From NCBI GenBank assembly GCA_012295275.1, contig CM022669.1, forward strand, positions 11,966,001 to 12,030,000: a DNA stretch of 64,000 bases. The letters are read 5' to 3'. Below the pieces are notes generated by a model that was not told the origin of the DNA, searched no databases, and saw nothing but the letters and a program-made list of their open reading frames with translations. The position numbers and the translations under genes were made by a program. This DNA comes from Chrysomallon squamiferum (lineage: Eukaryota > Animalia > Mollusca). Below are positions 54,006-64,000 of the stretch, piece after piece (position 1 is the first letter of the stretch; the number at the start of each line of letters is the position of its first letter).

Positions 54006-54220
54006 ATGATTGTGGTAACAATATATAAAATATTAAAAAAATAAAAAAATAAAATAAGATATAAGTTTTAAAAATTGTAGAAAACGGAGTAAGGCATCAT
54101 ATTTGTGGTAAATGGTAAGTACTTCATAAATTATTGAAGTATGATTGTGGTAACAATATATAAAATATTAAATAAAGAACTGTACAAAACAAATTAAGGC
54201 ATCATATTTGTGTTAAATGA
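54006..54220. repeat. Two-copy duplication with a period of about 134 bp
   Basis: ATGATTGTGGTAACAATATATAAAATATTAAA at about 54007 and 54141; TAAGGCATCATATTTGTG at about 54090 and 54195. Confidence 0.8.
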
Positions 54221-55976
54221 CTGGCATTTTATCAGATATTGTAAAATAATTAGATGTTATTGACACTGTATTGACACTGTATAGTTACCCGTTATATATA
54301 ATCTGTATTGACTATATATATTTTTTCTTTACATTTTCATTTGAGATCAAAAGCAGTGCATATTGTACTAAGACAAAACAACAACAGTTCTGACCACGAT
54401 AATTAACAATTCTAAGATAATACCATTCATACCAACAATGAATACACTTAAAAGTGTTCAGTTATCTATACTAGGAAACAATGGCAAATTCTGTTTTAAA
54501 ATCATTATACAACTACTAATAATTAGAAAATAATATCTTCTGACGAAATAAATAATTCTAATGCTTTTCGTATTCAATGGAAGAGTATATTTTTGACAAA
54601 ATAATTAATTATTAAAACAAATTAAAAATAGATCTATAATCCACATAGCTCACATTTTTCATACTTTATTTTTTCTGGTATTAAATTCATAAATTTGATG
54701 GAAATCATCCATTTCACTGATACAAATACGTTTTAATAATAAAAAAAGCTTAATCCTCTAACACAATTAAAATTAATCTCTCATGAATATCAGAAGGACA
54801 GAGATACTGGAAAAAAAAGAAAATAATAAAAAATAAATAAAACTTATGAAATTAAACATTATCACTAGCATACAAAGTAATTTGTACATGATCTAAAAAC
54901 TGTACAATTAATTTCATGGGCTTGAACATGCTTAGTTAAAAATTATGTTTATGAAATTTTACATTTCATATTTCTTTTTATCACACAGTAGGTAGCATGA
55001 ATATAACATTAATAATTACACAACAACTAAATAACAAGATTAAGAAGTAGACTAGGCTGAAATAATTCTTTGAATAATTGTTGTTTTAAAAAGACTGTTT
55101 TATTAATGTCAATATATGATTTTCCCTTGAGAGCAGACTATATAAATAACCATAATATTAGTAAAATGTCGTTTTGATAAACAACAATTTTTGACTAGCA
55201 GTATCAGGTTAATATTAATGCTTAAAATGTTTAATTGTCCTAGAAGACATCTTTAAAAATAGTTTAAATAAAGTAAATATTAAAGCCTGGATAATTAAAA
55301 TTAAAATTTTAGCCTGTATTTAAATATCTGTATGATAAAAAAAAAAAAAACAGTAAAAATATATTAATACTCTGTAAGTGACATTAAAATAAAATAAATA
55401 ATAAAATAAAATAAAAATAATTAAAAATTTAAATAATAATAATAATAATAAATGTATTATGGAAAATTTAAAAAAAAAAAAACCAGATTAAAAAAAAAAA
55501 ATAAGAAAATAATAATAATAAAGAAAAAGGAAAAAATGTAAGTACAATTTTGTTATCATAATTTCAGATAAAATGTTTAAACATTAGTTAATTATCTGAT
55601 AATTATATATTATTAAAAAATATGAATCTGTAAGAAAAATATAAGTGTAAAAATATAATTTATCAGCAGCCATAATGTAAAAATTTGAGGAAAAAACATT
55701 ATTCTGTTTTAACACAACTAAATTGTCTATTTATATTTTAATTACAACTGCAAATTCCAGTTAATTCCACAAATGCATATTAAACATTTTAACAATCATA
55801 CTATACTGCTAACAAAAATAAAACAGTACTTGGTTCTTAATCACTTTTTTCTCACCTTTATCCATGAAATATATACATAATACATACATATTCACATATC
55901 AAATTATTCAATGTTTATTTTACAAGTAACAATTGATGTGTAAGTTTTGAAATTGAGCAAAACAGCAACATTTTAT

Positions 55977-56012
<36 letters not shown>

Positions 56013-56200
56013 ACATACACATACATAATTAACATTTTTTTGTTTGTTGCCTGTTTGGTTGAAATCTAGTATCAAAATATTTGGCACATTCCTGTACATT
56101 TATAAACATTAGAAAAGAACAGACAAAAAAAATAAATAAAATAAAAAATAAAAATAAATATTTAATAAAATAAATAAAAAATAAAAAATAAATAAAATAA

Positions 56201-56281
<81 letters not shown>
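56201..56281. repeat. (AAT)n microsatellite
   Basis: Directly visible. Source of the poly-L/Y/I ORFs at 56029-56417. Confidence 0.95.
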
Positions 56282-56282
<1 letters not shown>

Positions 56283-58216
56283 GACAGGACAAAGCTCTTT
56301 ACAGAAAAACAATGTTGAGCATAACAATTGGGACAAGCCCAAACACCACAGGCATTTAAATAAAAAGAAAGAAAAAAAAAAGAAAGAAAAAGATAGACAG
56401 AAAACAACGCTGCACATTAACTGCGTTTGATCTATGATAAAATAAATTTAACCAAACACATGATAATGAAATAAATATATACAAACTCAATTTCATGATA
56501 AACTTGATTGTCAGGTGTTTTGTTTGTTTAATAATTTTTAGGTATAATGAATATGAAGTGATATAAACTGTCAAACAGGTACAACTTACACTGAAAGCAA
56601 AAGAAAAAACAGAAGTTGTTATATAGATATATGGGAAAATGTACTAGTATTTTGATTCTAAATTATCCTTCCACTTTGTATCATATTGTGCCCTTATCTT
56701 GTTGATTTTATTTCAGAATTTACCTTTTAATTAAATACTTATCTAACATTGTTTTTGTTTAATTGTGTACGTTTTATTAAGGAACCTTTCATGTTATTCA
56801 GTACTGTTAAGATACAGTTTTATTTCATTTTATTTTATTTTATGACTGCAATATTTCACTTTAATTACATAAATGTCTGAAAAACTTGTGTCTAATGCAC
56901 TAAATAAAGTAACATTTAATATTACATTTGAAATTACAGTCATAAAAAAAAAAAAATTCACATCTTAAATTTTGACAGTTCCACTTGCTATAAATTTTTC
57001 TAATTTTAATTTATCAGTTTGTTTATTGGCTTAGTTCTCTATCAACAAACAAACAGTGGATAGTGACTCAGCATTCTCTATTGGCAACCACTTTATGTAT
57101 GGGGGTAATGTCCAAGAAGGTGCAGTCAAATGCATTTCAAACAGAATAAAATAATGACACAATCAACTTCAACCTTTGCCTGCCTACCTTTGTGCACTGA
57201 AGTCCCACGACAGCCAATAACAAAAGTCAGTAGTTGTCTATGGAATTTTCTTCTGATTACAATGTATAAAAGAACTGTAAAAAAGCCACAAACCTCAGAG
57301 CAGTGTTGCTAATGGAATGGGTTTTCAATGGCAATAAAAGTTATTTATGTCCAAACACTCCTTTTTTCCCTTTTATTTCTTTAAGATATTTATTCTTTCT
57401 TTTTCTTTAATTTCTAACTGTTATTATTGTTATTATTTTTTTTTTTTTTTTTGCTGGAAGCATTAGAATGTTATTGTAAAATGATGAATCATAAAATCAT
57501 TCTCTGTTAAAGATATATCTATTGAAATGGCAATAATTAAAAAAAAAAAAGGTGTTGCATGTTCTTCCCTCAGTGCACATAAAATTACTGGGTTAGCGAA
57601 CTGAAAGGAGCTGGTGTCAAACATTCAAACTCAGCTCAGCTGAACTGAATAAATAAATTTATAAATATGATAAAAAGAAATCATTCAGTTTCAAATAGTG
57701 AACTGTAAGTTAATGCTAAAGAAATATTTGGTGAATGAGAAGTAGAATAACATCTTGGTAGATAGAAATGAAAATTTCTAAATGAAATAAAATACATTCA
57801 GGACAGCATATAATCAAGGCTTTGCCAAGCCTTTAACAATGAAGTTTGAATTACAGACATAAACAAATTTAAGTGCATCGCTTTAATATTCATAAGTAAC
57901 ATTTACTTTTATCCAAATTAACAATTGTGAAAGTTATAGATACATAATGTCTATCACACAACCATGGATATGAATAACTTTTAAACCCACCTACCTACCT
58001 ACCACATATGACCCTCAGAAACAAATATAAACATAAGAACAACTGATTGTCTTGTGAACACATAGAGACAGACAGGTGCAGCATTTTTACATAAGCACAA
58101 AGTGTTATTGCATTTAACACTTGTTCAGGTGCATTCTACAAACATTTGAAGATAAAAGCATGTGGTACAAATGTCATCAAATGTACATATACACTAACTA
58201 AATACAGAACTCTGTG

Positions 58217-59799
58217 TTAAGAGCCAATGTTTAATGAATGTTGTTCATGTCGTCTCATAATACTGTCTATATCATAAACAGTATTGGCCATCTCCTGGAT
58301 TGAGCCGTAGCTTTGCGTCTTGGAGCCCAGGCACATCTGGTATTGTGCAGGTTCCAAGTTTGTGTCACAGATTATTGGGTGGAATGCATGTGTCAGTCCT
58401 GGATCAGTGCCTCGGAACACACTGATGTTACTCGTTATGAATTTTGTGTACAAATCGACATCTTCTTTACCCCAGCCTTCAATTGATAAATCAAAGCCAC
58501 CTACTGCCAGCATGTCACTCCTGTACATGGCAGCGATGCCAAAACCAAACCTCCGCCAGTAGCCTGTTGATGGACTCAAATCCCAGGGATGGATGAAACA
58601 GATGTTCTTTGCTGAACACATGCAGAATGGAGGCCGGTCCTTGCACACTGTCTGTGGGTCAAACTGACTGAACACAATAGGGAAGTAAACCTGTCTCCCT
58701 TGTTTTGTTATGAGTCTTATCCGATTCAAAGAATCATTGTTAAAAACAATGTCAACATCAATGAAAAACATTAGAGAATCGCCTTTACACCTAGAGGCAC
58801 CAAGTTCAATACCTCTACCCCGATTGAATACACCATTCGCCTGAATAATCTCTATGTAATTACCACTGTAACGGCGTTGATATCGTTGTATCAAATCTAT
58901 AGTTCTCTCTAGGGCCATGTCTTCTTTTTCATTATTATACAGCACCATATGAAGCTGGACATTTTGGCCTGCTTTAAGACAAATTTCTTCAAAGTTCCTC
59001 ATGAATCTCTGGAATATTTTATATCATCGCCAGACAGTGGCATGATCATGTGAATAGTTTCTGTTCTTTTATCTCTTTCAGTTTTGAAAGACTTTCCAGC
59101 AAACTGTTGAAACAGTTGCAACACTTGCACCCCTACACTGGGCTCTGGGTGGTAAGTTGGGATCTCCTCTGTGTACTGAGCTTCTAAAAATGACTGCTGG
59201 AGATATGCGTGTCTTCGTACGGGAACAGTCATTCTCCTGCCTTTGTGTTTTCTGTAAATGAGTAAAAGATCCAGAATATAGTCAGCACCATGGAGAGGGT
59301 CAGCTCTGTGATAGCCATAGAGAATCTCTTTGAAATCTATCGTCCTTCCCCTCTGTCTTGCATTCTTGTTAACTAAGTGCATGATTTGCATTATAACATC
59401 ATCCAACACTCCAGACAGAGAATTTTCTATTCCACGTTTTGGGTTTGAATTCCTGTTTGAAAAAATGGACTTCTTTAGAAAATCCCAAGTTATGACCTCA
59501 CTGGCATCTCTCGGAACATGTTTGTTTAAAGTGGGCAGCATGCCGAGCTTATTTTGAACAACATTAGACTTTTGGTCCCCAAGAAGCTGGTCCATCATGG
59601 TCATTTCTCTGATCATCTGGACCTGCTTCTGGTGTAGATTCATTATTTGAGTGGACTGGAGGTAGTTGTAGATGCGAAACTGATAATTAGGGTCCTTCAC
59701 TGGGTGTAACGTAACTGCGTTTTGGACTTCTTTGCTTTTGAGTGTCTTCTTAAAGGATCCTTTGTCTTCTTTGTAGTTCTGGTACAGAATATGCTGCAT
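58217..59799 (-). CDS. CHSY1: Chondroitin sulfate synthase 1-like, large terminal exon (gene 5'-partial, upstream exons probably beyond 64000); net +2 frameshift at about 59024-59028
   Basis: Phase-0 acceptor TTTTCAG|ATGCAG at 59799. CHSY motifs: A.TLHP.K.P.YQ.R, N.NAR.RGR.IDFKEI.YGY.R.DP.HGADYILDLLL.Y.KHKG..MTVPVRRHAYLQQ.F in ORF 58999-59799, and F.RG..L..GA, FF.DVD, QVYFPI.FSQ, G.WR..GFGI, GGFD.SI.GWG.EDVDL, C.GSK in ORF 58217-59002. The exon is 1583 nt (3n+2). Confidence 0.93.
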
Positions 59800-62636
59800 C
59801 TGAAAAGAGAAAATAAATGTGACTGAAAAGTACTGATAATAAAGAGTAATACAATATAAGGTTTGTAGTCAAATGTTTGAAATATATTTTAAAAAGTTAT
59901 AAAATAAAATAAAAACAAAACTGCCATGAAATCACTAATTAGGTAGATAGAAAGTGCATGTATATGTGTCTGTGTGAGTAGTGTATGTATGTACGTATAT
60001 ATGTATATACAATTGCTTACAGTCTTGTTTTGTTTAAGAATTATTTTATCTACTGTGATGCTTTTTGCTCACATCATTTTCTTTATTATAATGGCTCAGT
60101 AGTTTTGAAATATGTCAAGAGAATTTTGAACAAACAGTTAAAAACAATTAAAACAAGCATTAAAAATATTTTTGTAATAATCTTCAGAAATATAAAAATC
60201 AAGCTAATTTCACATCTCAGGCACCTGACAATCATCAGTAATTTATGAGCTGTTGCTTTTTTTGTTATACAATTTACTGGCTAGATATTAATAAAAATCA
60301 AATAAAACCTTTCATGGAGCAGTTAACAGTGGTATTTTATTTGCTTCCAGTATACATTTATGGAGAATTTTATGAATGCTTTGGGAGAATTCAAACTACT
60401 TTTATACAGACAATTTATGTTAATGTTTTAAAAGGTTATTAATAAAAATTATTACTTTTTATTATTACACATACATGCTAAATAAAGTTCTCACTGTCTC
60501 CAAATATAGCTATTTTATTCTTTCGTATACATGACCTGGATATGTTCCATTCACTGTTAAAAATGTAGGTCATCAGTTATTTCAAAATGTGCAATCCACA
60601 GAAATTGTTGCAAGTGATATGGAAGCTATTAGAATTCTTGAGTTATTCTCTGTAACATCAATTCACTGCATTACAATGAGTTCAGCATATCCAGCAAAAG
60701 AGCTTACAAAATATTAAAAATACACTCTTTGTGCCACTGCATGCTGAGGGTTTATGACATCTGAATCATGGAATTAAGGGTCATTGTCAACCAGACCAAG
60801 AGCTGAGTTGGCATATTTCTACAAGATTAATGTGGACGGTAATACATTTTCATTTAAATGTACAAAAAAGGTGAATGCACAGTAACACTTTACAGATCCA
60901 TGTCTAGTATAATTCAGTTCAATTTATTGTTATTATTATTTTAAATAATATAATATCACAAGAAATGTTGTTTTTTATTTATATATCTCTAAACTGAGGA
61001 AGAAAATCAGCTTCTTGAAAATCTTTTGCTCATTGTGGTTCATTTTTTTATTATTTTTTTTTTTGCTTTTTTTGGTTTGTTTGATTGATTTGTTTGCATT
61101 TTATTATAGATTATATAAGCATTCATTTATTAGTTATAAAATAAAAATCAATATTTTCATGATTAGTTTTATAATTAGTGAATTTAATTTTAACCAAATT
61201 GCTGTTTAAAACCTAATACTAAATATAAAACAGAACTCCAGTCTCCAGATGTTTGTTTTACTAAACTAAAATGAAAACAATGCCAATGAACAAATTAACT
61301 GGAAACGAAAACCCTCAGATAGCCAAATGCTTCAGGAAGTATCTATTTTTCTCCCTTGAATTCTTTATTTATCTGAGGGTTTCATTACAGAACTAAATGA
61401 ATGTGGGATACTTATGACATTCCTGCAGTTTAGGCTAATTTTAACTTGTGAGAACCAAGCCCATTATGTGTTGTTTCAGTTGCATTTCAATTTCTCATTT
61501 AGCACATTCTTTAACTTCATCATGTTTTGAACAGCTGGTAGCTGTAAATTTTTAAAACCTTAACCCCACTGCAATAGCGTCATCACTGAAGCAAAGTGTT
61601 TCCTATCTGGAATGTTTTGTTATTCACATGACCAGTGCAATAATGTGTTTGGCTCAGCAGGAAGGTTATGTCATTGTAGTGGCTTACTTAAGAATCTTAA
61701 GTGATTTAAGGGGGAAAAAAAAGACTAAAAGAAAAAAAAAAAAAAAAAAAGAAAAAAAAAAGGAATAAATAAAATAAAAAAATAAATAAATAAAATAAAT
61801 AATTAAGTAAATAAATAAGTAAATAAATAAATAAAGAAAGAAAGAATAATAAAAAAATAAAAAATATAAAATTCAATGAAGTCTACTTTACTGAAATTAC
61901 ATCTTGGAGATTGCATAAATAAGAAGATTTTTTGGGGATGCTGTATTGTTCATTTTGTAAGACATTTTAAACTGTTGTAAAATAAAACATACACACAACT
62001 AATACACACACAGCAAGTCAATGCATTTTAAATGTTAACAGTCATTATGGTGATGTTTTACTTTTATATAGTGACTTAAGAAAGGAAATGTTTAGTATCT
62101 TACCAGATTTCAGCAACAAACCTTTTATTTACCAAATGAATAACAGTCATACCAATGTATGTAAAATAAAATAATCAATCTCTAATGTCAACATATAAAT
62201 TTTTATTTAATAATAATAATAATAATATTAAGAAACTGGAAAACAAAATTAAAGTGCCTTTTTTCAATGAACCATGCTTAATGTATTACTTTAAAAGTGC
62301 CAATAGAGATAAATATTATATTATAAATTTAATTTCCTGAAAGATATTGGAAATGTATTTGCGATGATGACGTAACAAAGTATGTACTATGAACAGAAGG
62401 ACAAAGATACTACATAAATTAAGTTGACTTAATTCATTCTGACAGTTTTAACAGTTGTGAAAGGGCAGAGCACTGAACTGAACTCTAACTCTAATTTTAC
62501 ATGATGTACTGTCATGTCTGTGTATATATCTAAACTGACATCACGACCTAACATCATTTACAAAAATAGTTTATGTCCATATACTGCTTGGTGGTCTAAC
62601 CCTAAAACAACGAATGAACAAAAGACTAAGTGGCTA

Positions 62637-62667
<31 letters not shown>

Positions 62668-64000
62668 GAAGAAATAATAGACAGATGGATGAATGAAGCA
62701 CTAACTACAATAACTGACAATGATGCTTATTATTTTGTTTGGGTTTGTAATAAAGGTGTTTAATTTAAATGACATGAAACTTGTATCAAACATTTAACAT
62801 ATGGTGTAACAATACGTTACATGTAGTAACCATCACTTTACAAATACGGTGTACTTAGCGACACTTATTAACATCCTTTACACTTGTCACATTAACTGAA
62901 TCCCATCACTAAACATAACTTCTTTTATTAATAACATCTGAAAATATAGTGGGATAACAATACATTGAAAATATAAACTTGAAACAGAAACTGCCTTTAA
63001 ATATATTAAAACAATATAGACAAAGTTGGGGCAGTTATCCTTGGAACGTAACCGGTTTATAAATACAAAATAAAAACAAAATCACGAATTTTTAAAGAAA
63101 AGAAAAAAAAAAAGAAAAGGAAAAAAAAAGGAAACTCCCTTAAAAAAAAAAAAAAAAAAAAAAAAAAACAACCTTCAAAAGCACAAAAAAAAGAAAAAAG
63201 AAGAAAATTATCATTAAAAAAAAAAATTAATTAAAAATTATTTTTAAAAAGCATCCCACAAGAAACACAAACTACAAAACAAAACAAAGAACAGGACCAC
63301 TAAAAATGTTTTAAGCCTCATAAAATATTATTAAACAACAGACATAACATAAAACATCGCAATCTGATTCCTTAACCTTCACCTTTACAAAAGTGCAAGA
63401 TCCTTCAGAAAGCACTTTACTATAAATAAACAGCTTGGTAAGAACCAGAATATTCTGGTGCAACTTATGATTTATGCAAAATAAGCTGAATATTAGGGTA
63501 ACAGACTAAACATCCAAATTGCCTTGTTAAATTTTTAGCATATTTGAAGCTTACATTTTAATAATTCAAAACAGAGCTGAGATTTTATCACTTCATCTTT
63601 TTTTCTGTCAAACAAAAATGAAGAAAAAAATGAAGTCAAATTGAGTATAACAGAAAAAAAATCATCTAATTTGTTACCAACGTATTATTTATAATGGTAA
63701 AATAATTAACTGAAACTGAATTACTAGAATTTAGAAAATAAATAAATAAAAAACAATTAAAAAAAAAAAATAAATAAAATAATAAAATAATAAAAAAGCC
63801 AAAAAATTAGAGCCTAGTTCTCACTAACACATTAGTAAAAAAAAAAAAATATATATATTTCTCAAAGTAAATTCATGAAATGTTCTTAAAATAAGAGGTT
63901 TCTATCTATCACTTTCTGTCAATATTAATATCTCTCAAAGCAAAACTGTTATTAAATTAAAAAAAAAAAAATGTTAAATTTTTAACAAATAAATAAACAA

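Noticed and set aside
57063-57073. Perfect ARE/AP-1 motif GTGACTCAGCA downstream of the CHSY1 stop
   Set aside because: An isolated motif with no supporting context.
62364-62442. ATGATGA...CTGA spaced like a C/D-box snoRNA
   Set aside because: Antisense to the host CHSY1 intron, with no terminal stem and no recognisable rRNA or snRNA complementarity.
59801-64000. Search for upstream CHSY1 exons
   Set aside because: No segment encoding the expected N-terminal Fringe-like domain was found; treated as intron continuing beyond the window.

Overview
AT-rich, microsatellite-laden eukaryotic genomic DNA from an invertebrate animal (lophotrochozoan/mollusc-like by inference only). Five spliced protein-coding genes could be reconstructed by hand with consistent GT-AG boundaries and reading-frame phases: (1) GAS1-like GPI-anchored GFRalpha-fold protein (minus, 1442-2212); (2) SLC22 organic cation/anion transporter (minus, 9 coding exons, 13982-19587); (3) SAXO1/2 axonemal microtubule stabilizer (minus, 5 exons, 23524-30625); (4) EFL1 60S-maturation GTPase (plus, 21 coding exons, 33531-49346), head-to-head with SAXO as in human; (5) last exon of chondroitin sulfate synthase CHSY1 (minus, 58217-59799), interrupted by a net +2 frameshift. 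One internally deleted Tigger/pogo DNA transposon lies between EFL1 and CHSY1. The main unexplained structures are (a) intronic minisatellites whose terminal unit is the functional splice site, in three different genes, plus further duplications of an exon/donor and a start codon; (b) a spliced ~91-aa upstream ORF overlapping the GAS1 start codon; (c) the SAXO-EFL1 divergent pair. No rRNA, tRNA or CRISPR features were recognised. All family assignments come from motif recognition, not database searches.
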